Below, in pieces: positions 19,729 to 29,925 of a DNA stretch of 64,000 nucleotides. The translations under genes and the position numbers were made by a program. The notes under the pieces were generated by a model. The model was not told where the DNA came from. It did not search any database and saw only the letters and a list, made by a program, of their open reading frames with translations. Source of the stretch: Candidatus Cloacimonadota bacterium (GTDB lineage: Bacteria; Cloacimonadota; Cloacimonadia; G963667145); contig OY762943.1 in NCBI GenBank assembly GCA_963667145.1, positions 498,122 through 562,121 on the forward strand. The letters run 5' to 3'. Numbering within the stretch: the stretch's first letter is position 1; each line of letters starts with the position of its first letter.

Positions 19729-21789
19729 TTAGTTTCCCTGTCTATTTTCAATGCTCAATTTGAGATTTTCAAGACTTTTGTAGTGTCTGCTGTTCTCGTT
19801 AAATTCTTGCATAAACTGTGCAATGAGTTGCAAAGTGAAATCATACTCTCTCAATCTATAGCAAGAGAAAACAAAGTACGCATAATACGCTTCTTTATCT
19901 TTCAAATTCAAAATACCAGCATTAACTCTATTAAAATAAATCTTAGCCTTTGCATAATCTCTTGAATTACAATAGTATTGCCCAATCCAAGTAAATAGGA
20001 TTGCCTCTTCCTCGGAATTGTTAGCGAATTTCCCTTTTAGCGAATTGAGAACATTATAGCCCTCGCTCCACTGCCCAACTTCACACAATCTTATCCCCTC
20101 GTCCAATCTTGCTCTATCATTAGAAACATTCGTTGGCTCGGAAACATCAACTTCTTCCGCAGGTTGTGGTAATTCGGGTGTTTCTTCACTTTTTTCCAAG
20201 CACTTGTCATATCTGTTCTGAACTATTTCTCTCTCTCCAGGCAATCGATTTTCATCGAGGATTTTTTTGTAATACAATTTCGCCATCTCAAAATCTTTTT
20301 GCTTATAATAGCCTTCACCAATCAAAAATATAGCTTTGGAGGCGTCCTTGTCGTTCGGGTTATTTCGAAAAAATTTCTTTCCTTCAGTAATCAAATTATC
20401 ATAATCTTTGTTCTTGTAATACTCCTCAAGACGCTGAAAATCTGTTAATCCTTCTTCCATTTGCACACTCGGACTGCTCTCACCACGAAGTTTCTTTATC
20501 TCATTTATTTTGAGCAAAGCGTCTTTTGCTTTGTGGTGCTTGGGGTATTCACTGCGAACTTTCTCAAACTCTGCCAAAGCCTCATCATATTGCTCCTGTT
20601 CAAAATAGCATTCACCAGCCCAATAGAAACAATTAGCTGCTAAAATATCGGTGGGATAGCGATTTACAAACTCCCTAAAGTTCTTTATCGCATAATCGTA
20701 ATCTTTTCGCAGATAAGCCTGACGAGCCTTAACGTAATAGACGATTCGCTCGATTTTCCCCAATTTAGTCCGAGCATCTATAGCTTTTTGATTTTCGGGA
20801 TATTTGTTGATAACAATATTAAAATTGTCTTGTGCCAACTTAAAATTGAGCAATGTGTTCTTATACACTCCATCCTGATAATTAGCGGTGGCATAATAAC
20901 TCTCGGCAATCCAATAATAAGCGTTAGGAACAAGTTTGCTATCGGGATACTTTTCAATAAACTCCTTAAAGCCTGAAATTGCATCTTTATACTTTTTTTG
21001 CTCATACTTTTTATATAGATTTTTGTAAACCTGCTCCAATTTAGCATCAACGTCATTTCTGAGCAATTTTTGTCCACTCATCAAAATTTTGCGGTTTGCA
21101 GACGGAACTTTGGCAGAATTGGGGTAATTCTCTATAACTCGCTCGAACTCTCTTTTGGCACGACGCAAATCGTCCTTGCCATAGTAACATTCCGCCAACC
21201 AGTATTGAGCGTTGGGAGCCAACTCGGAATTTGGATATTTCCTCAGGAACGCTTCAAACCCTTTTATCGCCTTGTCAAAATCTCTGCCTTTGTACAAATC
21301 GCGACATTCCTGATAGCCACTTTCGGGAGTTTCCAACTTCAAAAAAGAATCCATTGTGCTTCTGCCAGCAATTTTGCCCAATAAATCCAACTTAATCTCA
21401 GCAAACTTAGCCATTTGCGAACCTGGAAAATTCCTGATTACGCTATTGTAACCATTTCTAGCTTCGGGGAAATTTTCCAGTCTATAGTAACTCTCCGCTA
21501 TCTTGAACAGTACGTTGGAGCTAAAATGATTTTTCGGATACTCTTGCAAAAACTTTTTGGACGATCTAATAACCTGCTCATAGTCTTGCTGATTAAAGAG
21601 CTCACTTATCTTGGCGTACTCATTGTCAACGCTCGACCGAACAGTTTCTTGCTGATCTTCCACCACGTCAGGAATATTCACCACTTGCGGAGCAACTGCA
21701 TCATGGGAAAAAACCAAATCGTTAACAACGTAAACACCGCCCAAAACAGCAAGTAATCCCAAAAATATATAAAGTAATTTGCCTTTCAT
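19729..21789 (-). CDS. Membrane-anchored multi-TPR protein (paralog-like of 15963-17852)
   Basis: N-terminal TM segment; repeated YP.S...PNA.YW.AE.YY units. Confidence 0.85.
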   Translation of the reverse strand: MKGKLLYIFLGLLAVLGGVYVVNDLVFSHDAVAPQVVNIPDVVEDQQETVRSSVDNEYAKISELFNQQDYEQVIRSSKKFLQEYPKNHFSSNVLFKIAESYYRLENFPEARNGYNSVIRNFPGSQMAKFAEIKLDLLGKIAGRSTMDSFLKLETPESGYQECRDLYKGRDFDKAIKGFEAFLRKYPNSELAPNAQYWLAECYYGKDDLRRAKREFERVIENYPNSAKVPSANRKILMSGQKLLRNDVDAKLEQVYKNLYKKYEQKKYKDAISGFKEFIEKYPDSKLVPNAYYWIAESYYATANYQDGVYKNTLLNFKLAQDNFNIVINKYPENQKAIDARTKLGKIERIVYYVKARQAYLRKDYDYAIKNFREFVNRYPTDILAANCFYWAGECYFEQEQYDEALAEFEKVRSEYPKHHKAKDALLKINEIKKLRGESSPSVQMEEGLTDFQRLEEYYKNKDYDNLITEGKKFFRNNPNDKDASKAIFLIGEGYYKQKDFEMAKLYYKKILDENRLPGEREIVQNRYDKCLEKSEETPELPQPAEEVDVSEPTNVSNDRARLDEGIRLCEVGQWSEGYNVLNSLKGKFANNSEEEAILFTWIGQYYCNSRDYAKAKIYFNRVNAGILNLKDKEAYYAYFVFSCYRLREYDFTLQLIAQFMQEFNENSRHYKSLENLKLSIENRQGN

Positions 21790-21816
21790 ATATAACTTCT
21801 TCTTTAATTAATTTCT

Positions 21817-22062
21817 CTACTTAACAACCTTGCAAGACCCACCTTTCACTTGTTTGCAAGGGTCCAGCTCCTGCTCCTCTGGCTTATCGACAAAAGTTCG
21901 ATTGGCAATAAATCTTTGTTGCAATTTGTAGATTTTCCATCCCAAATATCCCGCTATGGGCAAAGCTATAAACCAAAATTTAATCACAAAAAGGAAAAAG
22001 ATTTTGACTACTGCCAAAACCAAAATCACAAAAAACAACACAAGCAAAAAAGGAAATCTCAT
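21817..22062 (-). CDS. Small hypothetical membrane protein
   Basis: Hydrophobic N-terminal half; co-directional with the downstream run. Confidence 0.6.
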   Translation of the reverse strand: MRFPFLLVLFFVILVLAVVKIFFLFVIKFWFIALPIAGYLGWKIYKLQQRFIANRTFVDKPEEQELDPCKQVKGGSCKVVK

Positions 22063-22232
22063 CTCAAAATCCCAATACTCTAAAATGTAAATATTTATTC
22101 ATAATCCAACCATCTAAACAGCAACACAAACCATCTTTCCCACATATGCTAAACCTGACAAACATTGACTTCATCTGTCAAGAAAAGTTGCTAAAATTTT
22201 ACTTTCCCCAAAGTTACAACAACGCAAACAGC

Positions 22233-23315
22233 TTAAAATGCCAAAGCTAAATTAGCAGAAAATCCACTTTGCTCAGCAAAATAGTACTCTCCACTGAGGT
22301 TAAGAATTCCTAATCTAACACCCAAGCCAACAGGAATGCGATAATTGTTCGGTCCATCAACGTCGAAACTTATGGAAGATTTAGTACTTGTATTGGTTCC
22401 AGTAGAAATTGTATAATCGTAAGAAAATTCCATATTGCTCGATTCCAGCATAAGCCCAGCGTATGGAGTGAGGTTCAAAAATCTCCAACCAAGTTGCTTG
22501 CTCACGTTCATTCCAGCTGTCCAAGCAGACGCCTTGATAATGTCTCCGAGTTTGAATACCTGATAAGAGCCAGACAAATCCAAATCAAAAGGCAAAATGT
22601 CCAAAACAGGCAAAAACATTTTTGGATTGTGTTGCAGGGCACCTCCGTAATAACTAACCTTGCCTATAGACTTGTCAACCTCCACAGGTGGCAAAAACCT
22701 GAAAGTTCCCTTAGTTCCAAACAGAGTCCCCAAAGAAATTTGGAACGCACCCAAAGGAATGATGGGCAAATCAAGACCTGTTATGTCTGTTTCTATAGAC
22801 TGCCCTTGCAAAGAATACGAAGTACCATCCACTGTAATATTTTCATTTATAACTAAGGTAATCTTATCGCTATTAGAACCAATTACGGTTGGACCAGAAG
22901 CCTTAACTTTTACACTGGCAGCCGAATTGTCAGAACCTCCTAACTGCTCCCAAATTTTCTGAGCCAAAATTTCATTGTCCGAACCATAAAGTTTTTTAGC
23001 TAATTCTTTCACCATATCATAAGTCAAAGAAACTTTCCCGTCTGACACCTTGCTAAAAGTCTTATCAGCATCATCAAACATAGTTCCCATAGCAACTACC
23101 GAGATCTCAATATCCAATCCCAATACTTTGGCTTTGGGAGCTTTATTGAACCACCCAGCATTCATGTTGGAACAAAATCCGTCCGTAACTGGAGAAACAT
23201 ACGCTTTGCCCACTTCACCCGCCATATCACTAAGCATACTTTCAATGGACTTCTCAGTAGCCCAACTCAAACAAGCACTTGCAATAAAAACACAAAGAAT
23301 TATTATTTTTTTCAT
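22233..23315 (-). CDS. DUF6588-like putative outer-membrane protein
   Basis: Signal peptide; MNAGWF..AK and RFLP patterns; C-terminal Phe; RBS GGAGG. Confidence 0.65.
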   Translation of the reverse strand: MKKIIILCVFIASACLSWATEKSIESMLSDMAGEVGKAYVSPVTDGFCSNMNAGWFNKAPKAKVLGLDIEISVVAMGTMFDDADKTFSKVSDGKVSLTYDMVKELAKKLYGSDNEILAQKIWEQLGGSDNSAASVKVKASGPTVIGSNSDKITLVINENITVDGTSYSLQGQSIETDITGLDLPIIPLGAFQISLGTLFGTKGTFRFLPPVEVDKSIGKVSYYGGALQHNPKMFLPVLDILPFDLDLSGSYQVFKLGDIIKASAWTAGMNVSKQLGWRFLNLTPYAGLMLESSNMEFSYDYTISTGTNTSTKSSISFDVDGPNNYRIPVGLGVRLGILNLSGEYYFAEQSGFSANLALAF

Positions 23316-23326
23316 GATTCCTCCCC

Positions 23327-24712
23327 TCAATTCAAAACATTTTTTAATCTTTTTTTTGTTTCATCTATTCCCAACACGTCAATCAAAATAGGAATGTTGG
23401 GGCCTGACGAATTGCCAAACAAAGCCAAGCGAAGCGGGAAAAAATAAGCCTTCCCTTTGATTTCCAACTTCGCAGATGCTTCCTTGACAAACTGTTCATA
23501 ATCGGCACCTTCTTCCAAATTATCAAAATAGTACTTAAAAATCTTTTGGGAATCTTCGGCATTCAGAAGTTCAAAATCTTCCGTCGCAAACTCCAAGTCT
23601 TTGTAAAACATCTGCGAATATTGAACAACTTCTGGCAATCGCACCAAATAATCTTTCGCCACATCGATTACCTTCAAATATTTTTCCTTGTCGCTAATAT
23701 CAATGCCTGCATCAACAAAATACTTCTCCAACATTTTAGCCAACTCATCAAGCGGTTTTTTGCGGATGTATTGCCCATTCATCCACTCCAACTTCTTCTC
23801 ATCAAAGACAGCCCCAGCTTTGTTCACAGCCTTGAAAGAGAAATTCTCGCACAAATACTGCAAGTCGAAAATCTCTTTCTCCGATTTGGGATTCCAACCC
23901 AAAAGTGCCACAAAATTGATTATCGCCTCTGGTAAATAGCCTCGCTCAAGATAGTTGCCAACCGAAAAATCTCCGTCACGCTTGCTGAGTTTGGACTTGT
24001 TCTCATTCAAAATCAACGGCAGATGTACCCAAATTGGCGGTTTCCAGCCAAGACATTCGTATAAAAAAATGTGCTTCGGTGTGGAATAGAGCCACTCTTC
24101 GCCTCTGATGACGTGGGAAATCTCCATCAAGTGGTCGTCCACAACAGCCGCCAAATGATATGTAGGAAAACCGTCGGACTTCAAAATGACCTGATCGTCC
24201 AACAGCGAAGAATCTATTTTGACTTTGCCACGCACTTTGTCCGAAATAACGAAATCTCTGTCTTTGGGCATCGCCAAGCGAATTACGTAAGGTATTCCCT
24301 CTTGCAACTTCTTTTCGACCTCTTCTTTGGGCAAATTTCGACAAGTTTCGGGATACTTCGTCGGCAATTTTAACTCTTTTTGTCGCTGACGAGCCACATC
24401 CAAATCTTCTTTGGTGCAAAAGCAATAATAGGCGTCACCCTGCTCTATCAATTGCAAAGCGTACTTTTTGTAAATTTCCAGTCGCTGACTCTGGAAAGTC
24501 GGACCTTCATCAAAGTTCAACCCCATTGCCTTTAACGAATTTATCAAATTTTCCGTTGCTCCTTCCACAAAGCGAGTTTGGTCGGTGTCCTCTATACGCA
24601 AAATGAACTTTCCAACTTGGTTTTTGGCGTATGCATAATCGTAAAGAGCTGTCCGCAGACCTCCCAAATGCAACTTGCCCGTGGGCGATGGAGCAAATCT
24701 AACTCTAATCAT
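23327..24712 (-). CDS. gltX: Glutamate--tRNA ligase
   Basis: RFAPSPTG, HLGG, RIEDTD, DGFPTYH, KLSKR. Confidence 0.97.
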   Translation of the reverse strand: MIRVRFAPSPTGKLHLGGLRTALYDYAYAKNQVGKFILRIEDTDQTRFVEGATENLINSLKAMGLNFDEGPTFQSQRLEIYKKYALQLIEQGDAYYCFCTKEDLDVARQRQKELKLPTKYPETCRNLPKEEVEKKLQEGIPYVIRLAMPKDRDFVISDKVRGKVKIDSSLLDDQVILKSDGFPTYHLAAVVDDHLMEISHVIRGEEWLYSTPKHIFLYECLGWKPPIWVHLPLILNENKSKLSKRDGDFSVGNYLERGYLPEAIINFVALLGWNPKSEKEIFDLQYLCENFSFKAVNKAGAVFDEKKLEWMNGQYIRKKPLDELAKMLEKYFVDAGIDISDKEKYLKVIDVAKDYLVRLPEVVQYSQMFYKDLEFATEDFELLNAEDSQKIFKYYFDNLEEGADYEQFVKEASAKLEIKGKAYFFPLRLALFGNSSGPNIPILIDVLGIDETKKRLKNVLN

Positions 24713-24743
24713 ATAATTGTATTCCCTTTAAAATTTTCTTCTC

Positions 24744-26189
24744 TTAAAAAGTCATTTCCACACCGAAACTGACGTTGGAAATGGTCTCGTTGCTTCCGTT
24801 GATTTTCCCGTTGCCGTCCAAATCTTTGTACCTCTCAGTGTAAATCCAGTTAACTGCCGTGGAACTGCTGAGTTCCACACCGATTTTCCCCTCGATATAG
24901 GTGTTCTCAGTTTGCCATTCGCTGAAAAGGTTCGGTTCGTTTTCTTGAGAATATTTTACATAAGCGGTGGAAACAAAAGGAACGATGTCGGAACGCAAAC
25001 TGAACATGCCCTCAAATCCTTGGTAATTGTCGTCCTTCATCGCTTCATCATCATAGTACATACTGCTATAACTGATTATCAAATCCGCAATTCCGTAGAT
25101 ATCGCTCGTGAGTGTACCTTGCCACCCGTTGGCAGTTTTGGCATTTTTCAATTCATCTTCTTTGGTCTTCACCAACACTGAATCGCCAGACTTGTAGAGC
25201 TTGATACGATTTTGGTCATAAAGATTTCCAAAATAAGGAGCAGTAAATTCATCCTCGTAGTGCCTAAAACCAACATTCAAATCAAAGATGAAAAACTTGG
25301 CGATAAATCCTGGAAAAACAAATCCATAGCCATGGTCAACAATATGAGCAACCTCACCGTAATGTTGCACAAAAAGCGAGCGTCCGCGATAAATATCCAC
25401 TGTGTAATCGGCACCTATCTCATAAATCGCCTCGTCGGAACTCGCACCATTCCGCAAATCATTAACCGTTTTGTGATTTTGAGAAGCTATCAACTTTTTG
25501 AAATACTCTTCAAATTCGCTATCTGTCCCAGTCCATGCATCCTTCAAACGAGATTTCTCTTTTTGATATTTGTCGTAATAGCTGTCATCACTGGGATAAT
25601 CGTCATAAATGTCAGGATAGCCGTCTCCATCTTGATCAACAATTCCATTGTATTGGTCTAAATCCGCAGCTGCCGAAACGCCTATTTGCAAACGACTTAG
25701 CGGAGAATAACCAACTCTGGTCGCCACAATATCGTTCTCAATCACATCAGCAGAAAAAAGCTCAACAGACCAGTTTTTGACGTTGAAGCCAACCATCGCT
25801 CCTAGCTTGCGATTGTCAGGATAAAGCAACGTGTTGGTGTAATTCTTCATGATGAGCCCTTTGCCCAAAGTGTAAGAGTTGATGTTCCCAAACAGAAAAT
25901 AGAAAGGGTCGCCTTTTTGAGCGTAGCGTAGATACAAAATCTTGTTCACATAATCTTCTGCCTCATCCCAATCTTCCTCGTAGATGTTGCCATCCTTATC
26001 AAACAGCAGTTCGATGTTCAATCCCAAAGCAAATTTCCACACGGAAAACTCTGGCGACAAAGCGATTTTGTTGTAAATCTCATCGTTGAGCGTGATAGAA
26101 CCTGCAGCACCTTTTGCAGTGAGATTATAGTCCCCCGCAAATAAACAAAACGGTAAGCTAAAAATAATCAGTATAATAAATTTTTTCAT
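24744..26189 (-). CDS. Hypothetical secreted/outer-membrane protein with Ca-binding-like loops
   Basis: Signal peptide; DQDGDGYPDIYDDYP and DLDGNGKI motifs; C-terminal Phe. Confidence 0.6.
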   Translation of the reverse strand: MKKFIILIIFSLPFCLFAGDYNLTAKGAAGSITLNDEIYNKIALSPEFSVWKFALGLNIELLFDKDGNIYEEDWDEAEDYVNKILYLRYAQKGDPFYFLFGNINSYTLGKGLIMKNYTNTLLYPDNRKLGAMVGFNVKNWSVELFSADVIENDIVATRVGYSPLSRLQIGVSAAADLDQYNGIVDQDGDGYPDIYDDYPSDDSYYDKYQKEKSRLKDAWTGTDSEFEEYFKKLIASQNHKTVNDLRNGASSDEAIYEIGADYTVDIYRGRSLFVQHYGEVAHIVDHGYGFVFPGFIAKFFIFDLNVGFRHYEDEFTAPYFGNLYDQNRIKLYKSGDSVLVKTKEDELKNAKTANGWQGTLTSDIYGIADLIISYSSMYYDDEAMKDDNYQGFEGMFSLRSDIVPFVSTAYVKYSQENEPNLFSEWQTENTYIEGKIGVELSSSTAVNWIYTERYKDLDGNGKINGSNETISNVSFGVEMTF

Positions 26190-26286
26190 CAGTTTAAATC
26201 TCCTCATGCACCTGTAATACGCTCAAATCACGATATGTAGTCAACTATTTTCTAAGTTTTCAGCAAGTTTTTTGCCAATTTGCACA

Positions 26287-26868
26287 CTACTCAACACAAC
26301 CGACAACTCTGCACGGCAAACCCGTTAAGCCAGTAAATTTGATGGGGAAAGTGTAAGCGATGAATGTTGCCGAAGGTTTTTTTTGCAGAATTTCTGCCAA
26401 GTTGCAAAGATTTTCCACGATAAAGACGCCTTTGTCCGCACACTTCTGGTCGGTTGGCGTATGCTCTTTTCCTCTTCTGGCGCCTGCAAAATCTACGCCA
26501 ATAATCGCCACTTTTTTCTCAAGTAAGTAATCGATAAGCTCCCACGACAAATAAGGATGATTGGTGAAATACTCTTTGGAACCGTAACCGATTTCCTCGA
26601 TAAAGCCCGTGTAGAAGGCGACAAACATTCCTTCTTCTATCACGGAAGTTTCCAAATGTTGCAAACCTATCTCTCCGTTTTGCACAGCCGAAACATCGAA
26701 AACCACAGCATTTCTAAGGGCAAAATCGATTGGAAAGGTTTTGTCCATTGTGTCAAAATGTGTCCCTTGATGCCCGAAGCTCACCATTTTCTCGTTGCCA
26801 AGGGCTTCTTGCAAAATCTCCTTATTCACCTCGATTGTTAAATCTATCAATCTCTTTTCTGCTTTCAT
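26287..26868 (-). CDS. Cyclase-family (kynurenine formamidase-like) metallohydrolase
   Basis: HQGTHFD, IGVD, IVENLCNL, GLPCRVV. Confidence 0.85.
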   Translation of the reverse strand: MKAEKRLIDLTIEVNKEILQEALGNEKMVSFGHQGTHFDTMDKTFPIDFALRNAVVFDVSAVQNGEIGLQHLETSVIEEGMFVAFYTGFIEEIGYGSKEYFTNHPYLSWELIDYLLEKKVAIIGVDFAGARRGKEHTPTDQKCADKGVFIVENLCNLAEILQKKPSATFIAYTFPIKFTGLTGLPCRVVGCVE

Positions 26869-27072
26869 TTCCGCCTCTTTTTGCAAAGTGTAAGTCAGCT
26901 ACATAATTATTCCAAATTTCATCAGCTCATATTAAAGATAATTAGTCAAGAAAGCCCTTGATGTCAAGCTAAATTGACCTCCAAATACATAACAAAACTT
27001 AATTCCATTGACACTATTCTAGTTTATTCATTCCTAAATCCAATCGACTTGATAACATTGAGGTGAAAGAAG

Positions 27073-28365
27073 ATGACCATAGAAAATTTGCTAATAAAAA
27101 AAATGACCGTAAACGGATTTGGGATTGGCTATCACGAGGGCAAAACAGTCTTTGTATTTGGCGGAATAAAAGGTGATGTTGTGAATGCTGATATTTACCA
27201 TTCCAAGAAAAATCTGCTTTTCGCCCAAATAAAATCTTTTGCTAAGAAATCTGAACTAAGAACTGAAACCCCCGAGTGCAATCACGGTAACATTTGCGGA
27301 GGTTGCATTTGGCTTGATGTCAACTACAAAAACCAGTTGAAGCTGAAGCAATCTAATATGGAAAGTCTATTCGCCAAATATAAGACGAAGCAAATAATCC
27401 CTTCTAACACAGCTACTCACTACAGGAACAAAAGTTTTTTTCCGATTTCTACAAAAGGAACTGTCGGAATGTACGAGAAAAATTCGCACAATATTATAAA
27501 CCCCGAAAACTGCATATTACACCCCAAAATTTTTCGTGAAATTATAAGCGAAATAGAAGAGTATATTCAAAAATCCAAGGTGAAAATTTATAACGAAAAT
27601 AGTGGCACAGGCTCGCTGAAATCTGTTGGCTTCAAGATAAATAAGCAGAACGAAATTCTTGTTATCTTGGTCTCACAGAGCAAAAAACTCCCTTTCATAA
27701 AAACGCTCGTAAGCAATCTGAACAAAAAATTTCCTCAAATAAAGGGAATCGTTTTGAACATCAACAGAACCAAAAAAGTCTTGGGGAACGAAAACGTAGC
27801 TTTGGACGGACAAGATTTTTTGCTCTATAAAATCGAAGACAAAATTTTCAAAGTTGATGCGAACAGCTTTTTTCAAATAAACTCGCTTCAGGCGGAAATT
27901 TTGTACGAGTATGTGAAAAAGAATGTTGATGAAAATTCGTCCGCTATCGATGCTTACAGTGGAGTTGGCACGATTGGGATTTATTTGGCAGATAAGCTGA
28001 AAAGCGTTTATTGCATCGAGGAAAATCCCTTTTCCATCGAGAACCTGCAAGAAAATATTCGCATCAATTCGTGCGAAAACGTGCAATTTCTTCACAACAA
28101 AGTTGAAGATTTTATCGAAATTTCGTCTAATCTTGATAAATTTGACAGCATTGTTTTTGACCCGCCACGAATCGGCTTGGGAAAAAGCATCATCGAGAAA
28201 TGCAAAGCGATTCCCAAGATAATCTACGTGAGTTGCAATCCCATGACTTTGCTCAGGGACATAAAACTGTTTGAGAATATTGGGTTTGCTGTGAAAGAGA
28301 TTCAGCCTTTCGATATGTTTCCGCACACTCATCATATTGAGGCTGTGGCTGTTCTGACAAAATAG
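27073..28365 (+). CDS. rlmD: 23S rRNA m5U methyltransferase (RlmD/TrmA family)
   Basis: TRAM domain, CGGC cluster, SFFQIN, DPPR, YVSCNP, DMFPHTHHIE. Confidence 0.9.
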   Translation: MTIENLLIKKMTVNGFGIGYHEGKTVFVFGGIKGDVVNADIYHSKKNLLFAQIKSFAKKSELRTETPECNHGNICGGCIWLDVNYKNQLKLKQSNMESLFAKYKTKQIIPSNTATHYRNKSFFPISTKGTVGMYEKNSHNIINPENCILHPKIFREIISEIEEYIQKSKVKIYNENSGTGSLKSVGFKINKQNEILVILVSQSKKLPFIKTLVSNLNKKFPQIKGIVLNINRTKKVLGNENVALDGQDFLLYKIEDKIFKVDANSFFQINSLQAEILYEYVKKNVDENSSAIDAYSGVGTIGIYLADKLKSVYCIEENPFSIENLQENIRINSCENVQFLHNKVEDFIEISSNLDKFDSIVFDPPRIGLGKSIIEKCKAIPKIIYVSCNPMTLLRDIKLFENIGFAVKEIQPFDMFPHTHHIEAVAVLTK

Positions 28366-28368
28366 AGG

Positions 28369-28797
28369 CTAAATCTTTTCCCAATCTGCAATATCGCCAG
28401 CAACTTCCATGAATAGTGGGTGGAGTTCGCACGATACCGCTTGTTCCAAAATCTGATTTTTCTGCGGGTCTCTGATTGCCAATTTTTGGAGTAAATGCTT
28501 TCGCTCGAACTCAATCTGACCTGAGGTAACCAAAATTTTGACAACTCCCGTCGGTGCAAGAAACTTGCTTTTGTCAAACTTGTAGCCTCTTGTGTCGGCT
28601 TCTTGCCACACCTCTTGTAGATAGAAATTTATCGCATCCAAAGGAAACTCCAACTCCTTGAAACGCAACAACTGAGAATGATTTTTGTATCCGTTGGTGT
28701 TGCCTTGCAAAACTTTTTTTGCCAGCAACGTCTCACGCCAAAGTGCCAAAAGCCCTTTTACATCAAGATATTTCGGATGTAACGACCATATTCTCAT
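28369..28797 (-). CDS. Pyrimidine-dimer DNA glycosylase/endonuclease V-like protein
   Basis: MRIWSLHPKYLD.KGLLALWRE...GYKNH. Confidence 0.85.
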   Translation of the reverse strand: MRIWSLHPKYLDVKGLLALWRETLLAKKVLQGNTNGYKNHSQLLRFKELEFPLDAINFYLQEVWQEADTRGYKFDKSKFLAPTGVVKILVTSGQIEFERKHLLQKLAIRDPQKNQILEQAVSCELHPLFMEVAGDIADWEKI

Positions 28798-28801
28798 GAA
28801 A

Positions 28802-29845
28802 TTATTTACTGAAATTTTTGTACTGCTTAATCTTTTTGGAGAAGTTTTTGTCTTTTCTGCGTCTCTGCTCGGTGGATGCTGTGAAAACTTCACTCTCCTT
28901 CTTCATCTTCAAATAGTTTTCGTACAAATCTTCGTCAAGTTCACCGCTCTCCACCGCCTCAATCACAGCACAGCCAACCTCCGAAGTATGTGAACAATCC
29001 CTAAATTTGCACTTTTTGCTCAATTCGGCAATCTCCCCAAAAGTCTCGGTCAAACCGCTTGTCACGTTCGTCAAACCGACCTCGCGAATACCAGGATTGT
29101 CTATCAAAATGCCACCTTCGGGAAGAACAAATAGCTCGCGGTGTGTCGTGGAATGCCTGCCTTTGTTCGTGCTGGAGCTTATCTCGGCTGTCTTCATAAT
29201 GTCGCCACCCAAAAGATTGTTAATCAAGCTCGATTTGCCAACTCCCGATGAACCCAAAAGACAAAATGTTTTACCATTATCAAGCAGAGATTTGATTTCG
29301 TCCAATCCTGAAAAATCTTTATTGCTCAAACAAATTGAACGAACATCACCCGTTCTCTCCTGAATTTGCGAAATTATAATCTGAAGCTCGTCCTCCTCCA
29401 ACAAATCTATCTTGCTCAAAACCACAATCGGCACTATCTTCGCAGATTTGCAAATCGCCAAATATCGCTCCAAACGGTTCAGACTGAAGTCGTTATCCAC
29501 CGCCTGCACGATGAAGGCAACATCCACATTGGCAGCAATAATCTGTCCCGCAACGCTTTTGCCAGAAGACTGTCGTTCCAAAAAATTTCTCCGCTCCAAA
29601 ATCTCCTTAATCGCAACTTTATCAAAACCATCATTTGAAAAAGCGACCCAATCTCCAACAGCAGGAATGTTTTTGCTAAACCTCAAACTCCCCGAGACAA
29701 CTCCTTCGAGGTCGGCATGCGGAGTTTTGATGATGCATTTATCTCTATGCACCAAGGAGATACGCCCTATCTCGCAATGGTCAAATTCATTCTCTTGCCG
29801 TATTTTTTCAAAATGAGCATCGTATCCCAAATCTTCTAACGTCAT
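28802..29845 (-). CDS. rsgA: Ribosome small subunit-dependent GTPase A
   Basis: AVGDWV, GSSGVGKSSLIN, GRHSTT, DNPG, CKFRDCSH..E.GC. Confidence 0.95.
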   Translation of the reverse strand: MTLEDLGYDAHFEKIRQENEFDHCEIGRISLVHRDKCIIKTPHADLEGVVSGSLRFSKNIPAVGDWVAFSNDGFDKVAIKEILERRNFLERQSSGKSVAGQIIAANVDVAFIVQAVDNDFSLNRLERYLAICKSAKIVPIVVLSKIDLLEEDELQIIISQIQERTGDVRSICLSNKDFSGLDEIKSLLDNGKTFCLLGSSGVGKSSLINNLLGGDIMKTAEISSSTNKGRHSTTHRELFVLPEGGILIDNPGIREVGLTNVTSGLTETFGEIAELSKKCKFRDCSHTSEVGCAVIEAVESGELDEDLYENYLKMKKESEVFTASTEQRRRKDKNFSKKIKQYKNFSK

Positions 29846-29871
29846 AAATTCCCAAAGTCCTTCAAATTCAA

Positions 29872-29902
29872 TAAAAATAGGCTCTGCATCAAACAGAGCC
29901 TA
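29872..29902 (-). terminator. Rho-independent terminator after metE
   Basis: TAGGCTCTG/CAGAGCCTA hairpin followed by a T-run on the minus strand. Confidence 0.7.
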
Positions 29903-29925
29903 ACAATATTTTACATTTTTTTTGT

